From contig OZ024745.1 of the NCBI GenBank assembly GCA_964016885.1, positions 62,124,001-62,188,000 on the forward strand: a stretch of DNA of 64,000 nucleotides, in the 5' to 3' direction. Each line of letters begins with the position of its first letter. Within the stretch, counting starts at the first letter, position 1. The notes below the pieces were generated by a model. It was not told where the DNA came from. It worked only from the letters and a program-made list of their open reading frames with translations, and did no database searches. Source of the DNA: Eledone cirrhosa (lineage: Eukaryota). A program made the position numbers and the translations under genes. Of this stretch, positions 29,686 through 43,186 are shown piece after piece.

Positions 29686-31407
29686 TCTTGTAAAACGAAT
29701 AATACAATTAATATATTGATAAGAATATATTTTGTATAGTGTATTTAGTAGTTTATGTTAAAATTATTAATTAATTATCTGATTAAAACGTGTTTCCTAT
29801 TTCGTCTACGTTGTTATTATTTCTAACACTTATTGAACACGTATTTGTATTTTTGGTTAGGAAATTAAATTAACACACATACGTCATAGTCCTAGTATGC
29901 AGTCATCACAAATGTAGTAAATTAATTTTCTATTTTCTGCGAAGTAAACATTTTAAAAGATTAATCATTCTTTGATGCTCTATTCTCTCCATGGAGGTAT
30001 ATATCTGTTGAAATCTGATGTGAATTCAGCGTGCAAGATAGTTTTCATTTGTAAAAATGTGAAAGTCTTATTGGGTAAAGCATTACATTTCCTTTTTTCA
30101 TAGAAATATTACACGGATATAACTCATTATACACGACATATTCACTTCTCTGGTATCCTTAAATAATTATTTAAATCATTATTGGGAACACTAATGATCA
30201 TGCCATAAAAAAGATCGGCTTCGAATGAAACTTGCTTGCATCTATGGAAAACAGACGGCAGAGCCTTGCCTCGACTTACATGTTCTACTTGATAAATTAT
30301 AGAGCATTGTGTGGGTGCCTACTCATGCATACATAAGAACCTCGGACAGGAGGGAACTAGAGTTTATGAAAATACATAGTCTATTCCCCAGGGAGACTGG
30401 TGAAAATCGCTTGTTTGAGAATCAGGAAGTTGTATTCTGGAAATGCGCACACTGACGATTAAAGAACCCCGGTAGTCGGTACGCTAATAGGGAGTAATGC
30501 CAAATGCCTCCTCAAGTAGCCAGGCAGCATTATGTAGAGGCTACGTCACCTAAACAAACTCACTAGAGTGTCACGCACATTGGAATTGCCATTGATGTGA
30601 CTCAAAACCATTAAATAAACAACACATGATCCTTAGATTAAGGAACGTCAAGATGACGTTAGATGTATCCATTATCGTGTGAATATTTGGCAATTCTCCT
30701 CTGGAATAAGCTTCTAAATGTGCCGAATAAACATTCCCTATTTGGTGAGTGTGATTTCTGATAACAACAATCTGGATATGGGGCGTCTTCACTTTCAGTC
30801 TGCTGCCATCACTGTTAACGAAATCGTATGACGGGCTGCGGTAACAACGTGTCATATAACTGCCAACAAAATATAAAAATTATCGAGTAGTTGTGCTCTG
30901 CTTCCCTCTGTGTTCTTCACAAGCCTGTACATTGTATCTTCGACACAACAAAAAGATGAACTGTTATTTACGTCATATTTCATCAAACATAAACATTTCC
31001 TCGTGAGACCACATTTGCAATCAAATGTTTATATATCTAGACGTGAGTTTAATTTGCTGGAATCGACGCGTGTTATATGGAGGAAACTAGTTTATTTAAG
31101 AATCTGCACTTCAATGAGTTGACTTTTAAAAGCCCTCAACGAGGACGGCAAAATTCATCACTAGACTAGAGCTGTATTGTTTCGCCTGCTAGGATACATC
31201 CTCGAGTCTCAGTATTTCAGAAAGTCGGGCGTGGCACTACATCAATAAAATATTCACCTTTGCCTATTTGCGTGTCTTTCATTTTGGAAGTTGTAACTGT
31301 TTTGTTGGAGTAAATACTGTTCTCTGGTTGGTTGTAATATCTCCTTTCTTTTTTGTCGTGTCGCAAAGGAGAGAGTTATATAGAACTACTATTATTTGTA
31401 TATACAA

Positions 31408-31969
31408 GGGTGTTGACTGGCAGTATCGGTAGAGTGTCGGACGCCATTCTTTGACGTATAGAGTTAGGCCCTTGTCATTCTGAGTTCAAATCACGCCGAG
31501 ATTAACTTTACCTTTCATCCTTACGGGGTCGATAAAATAAAGTACCAGTAATGCACTGGGTAATTGCCGGCCTTGTGCCAAAAGTAAAAACAATTATATA
31601 GGGCGGTGAATTGGCAGTATCGGTAGAGGGTCGGGCGCCATGCTTTCCAGCACAGTTACGTCCCTTTACGGACTGAGTTCAGATCCCGCCGAGGTTAACT
31701 TTGCCTTTCATCCTTACGGGGTCGATAAAATAAAGTACCAGTAATGTACTGGGTAATTGCTGGCCTTGTGCCAAAAGTAGAAACAATTAACGGGCGGTGG
31801 ATTTGCAATATCGGTAGAGAGTCGGACACCATGCTTTGCAGCATAGAGTTATGGTCCTTTATGGTCTGAGTTCAAATCCCACCGAGGTTAACTTTGCCTT
31901 TCATCCTTACGGGGTCGATAAAATACACTGGGATAATTGCTGGCCTTGTGCCAAAAGTAGAAACAATTA
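31408..31969 (+). mobile_element. Head-to-tail trimer of the SINE
   Basis: Copies at about 31408-31596, 31601-31789 and 31792-31969. Confidence 0.9.
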
Positions 31970-33723
31970 TTTGTATATTTTATCATTTTTTCCATGATAA
32001 AATATATGTTTAGGCAATGAAATTTAATATAGTTTGATTTTAATCTTTCTTTTCTCACCTAGCTATAGACAAACGTTAGTTTCAATATCGTCATTATATA
32101 TTTTCAGTTTGTATTAACATGTCTATATTGATTTATGCCGATTTTCAATGCTTATTTGGTAGAGAAGAGAGAGAAGGGCATAATATGCGAGTGAGAGAAA
32201 GATGGAGAGGCTGGAGAGAGTGAGAGTGCGATGGAAAGAGAAACAGAAAGTGGGGGGCCTAATACAGACTAAGATAAAAATGAAACTAGAAAAACGATGA
32301 AATATCAATAACAGTATACACATACCTCTTAATTTCATTAACAATTGATTTCAGAGAGCTGTCATTTGAAATAAAGTAGTGAAAATTATGGTAAAACAAA
32401 ACAACGTTTATACATTTTAAAAAATATTTCACTGATATTTTTTGGATGAATTTCCTCCTCTTCGTAATTTTACTCTGATGCTGGTCTCGTTTGCAAACAT
32501 GTTAACACGCGGAGAACGTCATGCAACTTTCGACTATTACAAATAGGATTGCGTCAATTATGATGTTTCACTTCTAAATAAAAGTATTGGTAGACTTTCT
32601 AATGTAAACAAATTTCAAACAAAACTAGTAAACATTAACTATTTCTTTATGATTTAAGGCAACATATCCTAATTAATATATCAAAATGGGCTGCAGCACA
32701 TATTTATTCACACTTGATTTACTATTACATATTTCGCGCGTAACCCTTTCTCGTTAATTCGTTAATTGCATTAAGTAATTTTTTACAGCTATATAATAGA
32801 TATCATAGTAGGTATTCACAAAGAAAACTGAGGTACATCTAGATTATGCTTCGTTATTGAATCTAAAGTTGTCTCTACATTGCTAGAGATTAAACCTACG
32901 TAAAGATTGAACTTTTCTATTTAATAAAGTTCTATTTATAAAAAAAATTGACTCCTATGCCTTTACGAGATTTGTTTAGTTATATATTTAATAACCATCA
33001 TTAAAGTTGTAATCTTAATGAAATACTACATGTGAAATCATGTGATAGCATCCAATTGACTACTTTCCCTAGGCGTTCTTGCTGTGTGCAAGATGTTTCA
33101 AAACACCAGGTTCAGAGAAGAATTTGTGAGCCTTGTAGAAAAAGCTTAATATAACGAGTATCAAGTTCTTAGAGTTTTGATTATTAATTTTTGAAAAACA
33201 AATATAAAAAAAAACTAAACAAATAAACCAACAAACTATACCTGTCTAAAATGAGAAAACGAAACATTTGTTTCATATATTTCTCATAGGTTAATATCCA
33301 TATATTTGATACAAACAAGCCGTTTCTCGTGAAACATTGCCAATTTTTGAACGTGAAATATAAGCCAATAAACTCTTAGGTTATTGAGTAGTTTGATGTT
33401 AGCCATATAGTGTAATAAAAAAGTAAACACGAGAACGTATGACTTACGAATTTATTACTAGATAGACGTATCGTATATTATATTTATGTGGTGAATAATT
33501 TTCGGTGAATTATTATAATATAGAAGCTAACGCATAATATATAATAGAGAATGTAATAAAAAAATATTACAAAATAGAAAAAAAGGGAAAAACGATCACG
33601 AGAAGTGATTGTTATTAAAAAATTTGCAGGATATATTGAAAATGCTAGTTATGTTTATTGAGAAATCTACTAACAGGAACAACGAAACACCAAAATAAAT
33701 GTGTATATATATATATATATATA

Positions 33724-33791
<68 letters not shown>

Positions 33792-33841
33792 TGTGTATAT
33801 GTGTGCGTATGTATATAAATAAACAACACAAATATATATAT

Positions 33842-33937
33842 AGGGTGACCCAAAAAATGTATACACACTTCAACTTCATTCTTATAAATATTGCCTGTAC
33901 AGATAATCGAAGTGTGTATACATTCTTGGGCCACCCC
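33842..33937. mobile_element. About 95-bp MITE with Tc1/mariner-type terminal inverted repeats
   Basis: TIR agggtgacccaaaaaatgtatacacacttc / gaagtgtgtatacattcttgggccacccc; TA on the left. Confidence 0.7.
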
Positions 33938-33955
33938 CTCTCTCTCTCTCTCTCT

Positions 33956-34033
<78 letters not shown>

Positions 34034-36316
34034 TTATGTATTTGTTTTGCATGATTCTAAATGTGAATTGCGTGTTGAAACATTGTTATATTTGGGAATG
34101 GTTATTTTATCAATTTTGCCAATACAAACACATACATTTTGACTTTCATTTCAGCTTTATTAATATTAATTATTGGTTATTGGTTATTCCGTCAAAGATA
34201 TTTCGTCACGTGCTGTCTCACCGGAATGGCTCTGTGATTTTAGAGGTTACGAGAACTTGCAAGTTGATACAGACTCATTTCGAAATCATGTTTTTTTTTG
34301 GTATTTTTGCGTTTTCCAACCACTCATATTAATATTAACAATGTCTATAGCTACGCCTTTGTGTTACGCTGAGCAAGGTATTGTGTTTTGGGTGAGTGTT
34401 GCGTATTGAAAGTTAGAGACTGCCGTGTGGCTTGCTATGGTTAGAGAATGAGACGCTGCCCCACACATTATGTATGAGATTCCTTATTTGCGCTCACAGA
34501 GATCCAATCTGCTATTTTTTTAATGAGGAGAAAGCACGCCATTCGTGTCCTTTCTCACAGTGAATTCGCTGAGTCATTGTTTCGATTGCTTCTTCTGTGC
34601 ATAAACATTTTCATATCTAAACACTTTCTATTTGAATTACTATGGGCATAAGTATTACTGTTAGTTTGTATTTCTACTCGGCAAAGCTTGTGTATAGGAA
34701 AGTCTGTTACCACTGTGTTTCTTATTGTTTCTATTGTTTGTAATATTCACTGTATTATCCTTGGTTTGCATTAAAGGATTATTCTTTCTTTCTTTTTTGT
34801 TTGTCATTTCCTCGTTTTCAAAGTTTGTATATTCGTTATATACTTATTCTATTTTCTTTTGTGAACAGTGACAATCTATGACTTACTATTGTTTTGTGGC
34901 CAAGGTTACGAAAATGAAAACCCAAAAGCAAACCGCTAAAAAGCGAATAATTTATTTCTGCCACATATAGCTACAGCTGACAACTTGTGAAATCCTTTGA
35001 TCGCGAAATCCAAATATTTCAAATAAATAACCTTTCAATCATACACTGTAAATACCACTGTTTTCAGAACTCGAAAAGCACGTCTCGCTATTTTGTTATC
35101 AACAATAACAACAAAAAATAATTATTTTATTCATCAAGATATTGAAGTCAATCTACAAATACAATTCCATTCAAGAACCGTTAAAAATGTCCATTAGGTC
35201 TTTTATACCATCTTACAAGGAATTCTTCAAATGACGTTTACTGACATATGTGACGCAGCTGAAAGGTTATATTGAAATACTTTCCTCTCACTATCTCCAA
35301 CAGAGCAGAACGTTTTTTAAAATTGTTTTTCGGCCTTGGATCCCTATGGAGATCAATCATATTATCATATTGAACCTCAACACTAATGCATTGCTTTTAT
35401 TACTCATGTAGGAATGATGTAATCGCCTAACTCATTTACGATGAAAGTCGTGTTCTTTCCTCCCAATAATATTGTGATGTGTATCGCCGACTGGGTTTAT
35501 GCTTTTATCATTTCTTCAGTTTTTAAAACGATGGAATTTGTCCACTATTCGTTACCTCTCACAATGAAAGGGATATCATCGTCTAGTTTCCTGAAAGTGC
35601 TGCTGGACAACGTGTCTTGAAGAGCAAAACGAAGGCTCTCCTTTCATAACAAGGCATATGAAAGCTATACTTCTATTCTCTCGGACAATAGATTCTGTCA
35701 GAGAGTCTTAGGCTTATTATGGTTCCTTTCTGTTGTCATTTCAAGATGATGTATTAAACCCATGTTTCTCTTTAAAAAAAAAAACATTTCAAACAACGGT
35801 ATATGGTCAGTGTTCGAAACATCTTTCTGCTTACGTGCTTAGGTTTTGCTGAAAATCTTTCTCTTTCAGATCATTTTGATTTTTGTCTCTTTCGGAATCA
35901 GTGTTCGCTCATTCAGACAATATAAATCGGTTAGAAACTTGTGATCTAAAAAAGAGCGCTATGAAACAAAGAAAAAGAAAACATCGCCATTATATCGATG
36001 CATGGGGCTGACATACATTGCTCACACATTATCCGTGTGTTAAAGGATATTCTTCAGCAACATAAGCGGGAAATCTCGTAAGGAATGTCAATATGTTTGA
36101 ATATATCTGAGGCAAATGACATCACTGACAACTACGCCAACAATACCAACAACAACAATGACAAAAAGGAGCAGTAGCAAAAATAACGATGATAATGTTC
36201 ACTTAGAAGTATTTATGTTGGATTATTTATATTAACTAATGTTTGAGTTATTCAAAGTTCACTACGTTTATTATATCATATGCATACACCATCGATCTAT
36301 CTATCTATCTATCTAT

Positions 36317-37496
36317 CTTCCTTTGGAAGAGGCGGCCTCCTTTGGTGAGAAGATCCATCTGCTGCCAACACCCTTCTAACGGAGGGCTGGGGATGCCGTG
36401 GTTGACGATGCGCAAACACGCGCTCAGGCTGCGGCATCTCTACGTATTCCTCACCGGACAACCGGTGTGGGCCCCGTTCGTGAGGCGAGCCTTCCCACGA
36501 CTCGTCTCGCTGACCGAGCTGCAGTCCTGGGTCAAGCAAAGACCGAGGAAAATGGGCGACTGGCACATCGAATGTGCTCAGGCGTTCACAGCCCTCTGGC
36601 AGGCGGACCCGGCGATCAGTGGAGACTCCACTTCGTCATTCTATAGAGGGTTGATCCGCAACAAGTGCGACGACGCGCTCGGTGAAACTCTAGGCGTAGA
36701 GGAAGATGAACTGGCCAGTCTGTTCGGTAGGACCTTCCGCCGCGACCGATGGACAACTTCCAAAAGTCCCTGGTCTGGCAGTGCTACCGAGGAGCTCTAC
36801 CAGTTCGAGACAAGCTCTACAGACATGGGCGCCCGGGTAGGGACCCTGCAAAAAAGATCTGTCCGAGGTGCTTGCGTAACGAAGAAACCGTCGCGCACGC
36901 ATTCATACACTGCCCGGGCGTCACTGACCTGTGGGGCTATGTAGAACGACTATTGTCGCGGGTGGGACCAATCCGGTTGACCACCGAGTCCATTGTCATG
37001 ATCAAACCGCCACCCTCCTTCAAAAACGATAGCTATGGCGAAAGAGGTTGTATGGTGGACAAGGTTAAAAGGGCTGAGGTCAGACACCTTTCTCTCCGGC
37101 CAACAACTGATTCTTTTTTTCAAATACCACTTTGGAAGAAGAATCAGGATGGAGAGAGAGGTGCTGTACCCCAGCAAGTTTTATGAAAGGTGTGTGAAAG
37201 TGGCGAGAATGGCCCGAGTGAATGGGCCTTCTCTCTATATCAGCCTGTAGGTTGAGGAAAAGGAGGAGGAGAGGAAAGGAGTACAAACTCTTCGAACTCT
37301 TGGAGATGAGGGTTGCACATTTTTTCGGGGTATGTGTTACCCATATGAACTGGCTCCCCTATTGGGGAAAGACGACTAATTTTTTAAATTGCATTTGTGA
37401 TAACATTTTACACGTTTTTATTGTATGTAAATTTGTATTTGTATGTAAATTTGTATTTGTCCCCTTCTTTTGGGCCCCTGTGGCTAATAAAGAAAC
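36317..37496 (+). mobile_element. 5'-truncated Tx1-type element, (CTAT)n-associated copy 1
   Basis: FLWK.R.PLVRRSICCQHP..GGLGMPWL, C-terminal CPRC...EETVAHAFIHC, 3' end ctaataaagaaa; flanked by (CTAT)n. Confidence 0.88.
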
Positions 37497-37497
37497 A

Positions 37498-37558
<61 letters not shown>

Positions 37559-37559
<1 letters not shown>

Positions 37560-37976
37560 CGCGCTCGGAGAAACTCTGGGCGTAGAGAAGGACGAACTGG
37601 CCAGTCTGTTCGATAGGACCTTCCGCCCGGGACCGATGGACAACTTCCAAAAGTCCCTGACCTGGCAGTGCTACCGAGGAGCTCTACCAGTTCGGGACAA
37701 GCTCTACAGACACGGGCGCCCGGGCAGGGACCCTTCGAAAAAGATCTGTCCGAAATGCGTGCGCGACGAGGAGTACTCACTCTTGGTGCTCCTGGAGATG
37801 AGGGTTGTACATTTTTTTGAGGTGCGTACAAACCCTGTGTAACGCCTCCCCCTATTGGGGATTTCAATTGCTATTTATTGTTTTATTAATAGTTTTATTT
37901 TCATATACCTGTATGTAAACTCTCCATCTGTATTTGTCCCCTTCTTTTGTGTCCTGGTGGCTAATAAAGAAATTTA
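37559..37976 (+). mobile_element. 5'-truncated, internally deleted Tx1-type element, copy 2
   Basis: ALGETLGVE...CPKCVRDEE joined directly to the 3' UTR; flanked by (CTAT)n. Confidence 0.85.
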
Positions 37977-37988
37977 ACTATCTATCTA

Positions 37989-39137
37989 TCTTCCAACGGA
38001 GGGCTGGGAATGCCGTGGCTGATGATGCGCAAACATGCGCTGAGGCTGCGGCATCTCCAGGTATTCCTCACCGACCCCCAACCCCAACCGGTGTGGGCAC
38101 CGTTTGTGAGACAGGCTTTCCCACAGCTCGTCTCGCTAACGGAGCTGCAGTCCTGGGTGAAGAAAAGACCGAAAACGATGGGCGCCTGGCACATTGAATG
38201 CGCTCAGGCGCTCACTGTCCTCTGGCAAGCGGGCGCAGCAATCAGTGGAGACTCCACTTCGACATTCTATAGAGGGATTGTACGTTACAAGGGCGACGAC
38301 GTGCTCGGAGAGACTCTGGGCGTCGAAGACGATGAGCTCACCAGTATGTTTGGTAGGACTTTCCGCCCGGGACCTATGGACAACTTCCAGAGGTCCCTGG
38401 CCTGGCAGTGCTACCGAGGAGCTCTACCGGTTCGTGACAAGATCTACAGGCACGGACGCCCTGGCAGGGATCCTTCCAAGAGGACGTGTCCAAGATGTGC
38501 GCAGGACATTGAAATAGTTCTGCACGCAATTGTACACTGCCCGGGCGTAAGCGACCTGTGGAACTATGCAGAACAACTGCTGTCGCGTATGGGACAAATA
38601 CAGTTGACTGCCGAGTCCATAGTAAGGATCAAACCGCCAGACTCTTTCAAAAACGAAAGAGAGGCGGTTTTCCTCTTTACGGTGGCTATGGTGAAAGAAG
38701 TTATATGGTGGACGAGGTTGAGAGGACTGAGGACAGATGCCTTTCTCTCCGGACAACAATTGATTCCATTCTTTAAGTATCACTTTAGAAGGAGAATCAG
38801 GGTGGAGAGAGAGGCACTGCACCCCAGTAAATTTACTGAAAGGTGGGTGAATGAAGCGAAAATGGCCCGAGTGATTGGGCCTTCTCTGTTTATAAGCCTG
38901 TAGGTTGAGGAAGAGAGCAAAAGGAAGAAAGGAGCACTTGCACAACACGCTCCTTGAGTTGAGGGTTGTTCTATCGACGGGGTATTAAACAACCCATTTG
39001 TGGCGCCTCCCCCCTATTGGGGATTTCGATTGTTGAAATTGTTTGTTTTTATATTTTTTACACGACTGTATGTAAAATCCCCGGCATGTCTTTGTATTGT
39101 CCCCTTTCTTGTTGCGCCCTTGTGGCTAATAAAGAAA
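37989..39137 (+). mobile_element. 5'-truncated Tx1-type element, copy 3 (open 297-aa C-terminal frame)
   Basis: ORF 38010-38903 is homologous to the C-terminus of the 56-62 kb element; flanked by (CTAT)n. Confidence 0.9.
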
Positions 39138-39170
39138 TCTATCTATCTATCTATCTATTTATCTATCTAT

Positions 39171-39260
<90 letters not shown>

Positions 39261-39732
39261 GTTTGGGTAGTGAAGATGTTTGCTTAGTGAAATCCCAAAT
39301 TACCTAGTGTATGACTCGCTGAGCAACGGCGCTAATAAATGCTGGTACCATTTATTTCTCAGCAATTTGCACCATGTAGGTGACACGTTTTGCAATAATT
39401 TCACACAATCAATATATCACACTTTTCACTAAGTAGATATATCATTTTGGTCTCCAACTTAGTATTCAATCCCTCGTTTTGGGTAGGGTTCAGAAATTGT
39501 TAAATCTCTCTTGGGGAGCCAAACCCAAGTCATATCAGTTTATAATTCAGATATCTATTGTTTAAATAGATAGTGCAATGTCTTAACAAAAACGGTTTGT
39601 CATTTCCCTGCAGAGACTTGTCAGTTAAACTCTTATTTACTCTTCGTCTTTACCTAGAGGCTCAATGGTAATATATTCTATCATTGGATTGACAGTTTCG
39701 GTAGAGGGTCGGATGCTATGCTTTGCAGCAAA

Positions 39733-40506
39733 GATGACCGCTACCGGCATAGTAGGACATTTTATTTATTGTTAAAAGGAGTTAACGTAAGTAGGGTTTG
39801 TCGACTCACTCTAATGAGGTGGTGTTAAGGTATGAGTATGAGTATCAATTATTAGTAAAGTCATAAAAGACTATACATAAATTTAACTACTATAAAGCTG
39901 CAAGTTCAGTGTGAGCTTGAAGGCCTAGAAAGGTGAAGACACTTTAGATGGAATCTGTATACTTATATCATCATTTGTCTAAGAAGTTGTCATCAATTGC
40001 GGCCATAGACAACAACAATCTTTCTATAGATGGACACGGCAAATACTTAACCACCATAACACTTGAGGCTCCCCCAACACCCCACCCTGTCTCGACGTAC
40101 TGCGGTGGACTTACCACTAAACAACTTCATCCATCCCCTGTTCTCCCTCCAGGGAGCTGCACTACATATATTCAGCTGGGCATACCCCGCTATATTCTTC
40201 CACACTGCCAGACTGATCTTTGGGTAATTTTAGAGAACCGCCGCTTATACCCAAGCAACGTCTTAGACAACTGATCATATAAGTATACAGATTCCATCTA
40301 AAGTCTCTTCACCTTTCTAGGCCTTCAAACTCACACTGACCTTGCAACTTTATACTAGTTAAATTTGTGTATAGTATTTTATGACGTTACTAATAATTTA
40401 TACTCATACCTTCACACTGTCTCATTAAATTGAGTAGACAAACCCTACTTACGTTAACTTCTTGTAACAATAAATACAATTTCTTACTATGCCGGTAGCG
40501 GTCATC
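39733..40506. repeat. Fold-back element with about 255-bp diverged arms (39733-39990 / 40256-40506), adjacent to a SINE 5' fragment (39685-39730)
   Basis: gatgaccgctaccggcatagta... and ...tactatgccggtagcggtcatc are reverse complements. Confidence 0.8.
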
Positions 40507-40764
40507 AGTTTGACAAGTAACTTTACACTGCACCGGTAATTACCTCCCTTAGATCACAGTCACCTTTCCTCCATTTTTCTATACGTAAAAATGCATTCTG
40601 ATGTTAAGGTATGTTTCTACCCGTACAGGGTATTTTATTAAAAACTTTGCCTTTATATTTGCCTCATAAGATCTCCATTGGGCGAAATATATGTAAGAGC
40701 TTTATAAAAAAAATATGTTGTAACGGCTTGTAAATCAATCATTAATCGTTTTGCTTATATATAT

Positions 40765-40797
<33 letters not shown>

Positions 40798-40798
<1 letters not shown>

Positions 40799-40987
40799 AC
40801 GAAGGAAATGTGGTAAGGAACCAGGTGGACCATAACGCACCAAAGTACTCAATACTTAGGGTAGTAGAGTGGGTAATAGGAACGAGTAGGACCCCGACGG
40901 CTGAGCTCAAGCCGTTTCGACGGCTAATTCTAGTCCAGAATTTGCCGTCGAAACGGCTTGAGTTCAGCCGTCGGGGTCCTACTCGTT

Positions 40988-40990
<3 letters not shown>
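40798..40990. mobile_element. Mini-PLE family A fold-back copy
   Basis: Same architecture; in (TA)n. Confidence 0.88.
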
Positions 40991-41038
<48 letters not shown>

Positions 41039-41169
41039 GTGAGGTTTTTTTTACAAAATGAAAAATAACCGAGGTGTCCTACACGAGTGAAAGTATAAGG
41101 AAACAAGATGAAATCGAAAATGCAACTGGAGTCTTTAAAAAAAAAAATATATATATATTTATTTGGCCC

Positions 41170-41205
41170 CTTTACCGGTTTCGCAGTTCTTCTGCTTTTC
41201 AAAAG
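41170..41205 (-). ncRNA. Minimal type-I hammerhead, U3-A8 variant
   Basis: Reverse complement of 42809-42844, identical. Confidence 0.75.
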
Positions 41206-42189
41206 TAGCGTTGAGATGGAGGGTCTGTGGTTTCTCTCACATCTGGTTGGTCTTTGGATGTTACTTGTTTTATATGGCAAAAAGTGGCTCCAAATGCCAG
41301 GATTTTAGAGAAGTAATTTGATTGGTTGGTGAATAAGTACAAAGTTCTTCAAACAAAGGGGGGGGGGCTCAGGTTGTTTTTTCATATATGAGTGAAGTTT
41401 GGTTGGTTCATGCATTCACGTGAATAAGCACATCAGGTTTCGCGCCAGTTTGTGTTTGAATTTCCTTTTACTTAAAAAAAGTGGCTCACGAAGGCTCTTT
41501 TTTAAAAAAGTAATTTGATTGGTTATAAATGAAATTATGACTGTCACGTGAACAAGTTCATTAATTTTCGCGCCCGCATTTGGAAATTTGTTTTGTAGTC
41601 TTTTAGAAAATTTTGTGGCAAACAAAAGATAATGGTCAAGAGCAATGGGATGGGAGAATTATTCTGGTTCTGTGAATATGGCTGGTTCGCTGGGGTGTCA
41701 GAATTCAGACTTACTATTGAAATAAAGAAAGTAGAGATACTATATTTAATGCTGGTCTATATTTTTGAATAAACATATTTTCCTTATTTATATAGTTTAA
41801 TATACATTATGTCAACACCATAACATGCTAACCATCCAAACAGACACATACATACACACACACATAACACCTACTTTAGAAAATAAAAACCATAACTAAA
41901 TAAACCTTAACATACACCACCCCCGCACACACACATACCTCCCTCCCCCATTTCTACTAACGGAATCATTTTCCTACACACACACACATACAAAAATATA
42001 TATACTCTCCATCTTAACATGCTAACCATTCTCCCACACACACATACACACACACACATAACACCCACACACACACAGCTCCCTCCTCCATTTCTACTAA
42101 TAGAATCACTTTCTTACACACACACACATAACACCCTTACACACACACATATAAACACAACTCCCTCCCCCATTTCTACCAATCATCTT

Positions 42190-42259
<70 letters not shown>

Positions 42260-42808
42260 TAAACATACATATCTTTCTTTATTTTATTAGAAAGTCTGAA
42301 TTCTGACACCCCAGCGAACCAGCCATATTCACTGAACCAGAACAATTCTCCCCATCCCATTTCTCTTGACCATTATCTTTTGTTTGCCACAAAATTCTTT
42401 AAAAGGCTACAAAACAAATTCCCAAATACGGGCGCGATAATTAATGAACTTGTTCACGTGACAGAATTTCATTTATAACCAAACAAATTACTTTTTTAAA
42501 AAAGAGCTTTCGTGAGCCACTTTTTTTAAGTAAAAAGAAATTCAAACACAAACTGGCGCGAAAGCTGATGTGTTTATTCACGTGACGGCATGAACCAACC
42601 AAACTTCACTCATATATGAAAAAAACAACCTGAGCCCCCCCCCCCTCCCCGTTTGTTAGAAGAACTTTGTAACGCGAACTGGCGCGAAATGTATTATACT
42701 TATTCACCAACCAATCAAATTACTTCTCTAAAAACCTGGCATAAAACTAGTAACATTCAAAAACCAACCAGATGTGAGAAAAAACACAGACCCTCCATCT
42801 CAACTCTA

Positions 42809-42844
42809 CTTTTGAAAAGCAGAAGAACTGCGAAACCGGTAAAG
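42809..42844 (+). ncRNA. Minimal type-I hammerhead, U3-A8 variant
   Basis: ctt-TTGAAAA-gcag(aagaa)ctgc-GAAA-ccgg-TA-aag: stems I and II perfect, palindromic stem III. Confidence 0.75.
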
Positions 42845-43151
42845 GAACCAAATAAATATATATGTAAAAAAAAAAAAAAGACTCCAGTAGCATTTTCGAT
42901 TTCATCTTTTTTCTCTCTCTGTATATATATATGGTAACTTTCTTTAAGTCGTTTGGAAGCCTCGACAATGCAGATGGATAAATCTCCGGGTAACAAGATC
43001 CGGTGGTGAAGAGAGAGATGTAAGTGGGTGTACGTTGAGATGTGTGGAGTGTAGAAGACTGTAGCGTGTAGAAGAATGTAGGAAAGAGCGTAAAGGATAA
43101 AAATAAAAATAATAACACGAGATAGAGTTACCTTGGGAGAGATTTAATTGT

Positions 43152-43186
43152 CCCTATATATTTCGGATTCACATCCATCAACTGGG
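43152..43186 (-). ncRNA. Hammerhead-like motif with CAGUUGA core
   Basis: Reverse complement of 46137-46172. Confidence 0.55.

Larger units (their letters stand above)
41033..42921. mobile_element. Non-coding fold-back element (family C): about 630-bp arms (41105-41731 / 42273-42909), about 70-nt tail on the left, hammerhead in each arm
   Basis: Arms are reverse complements; (TA)n on both sides. Confidence 0.8.

Noticed and set aside
30490-30514. Resemblance to the 28S rRNA R2 target region (GGGAGTAA...GCCAAATGCCTC)
   Set aside because: Only about 25 nt with a large gap and no further rRNA similarity
34900-36130. Possible decayed transposase on the minus strand
   Set aside because: Only a vague hAT-like peptide among many stops; not supportable by eye
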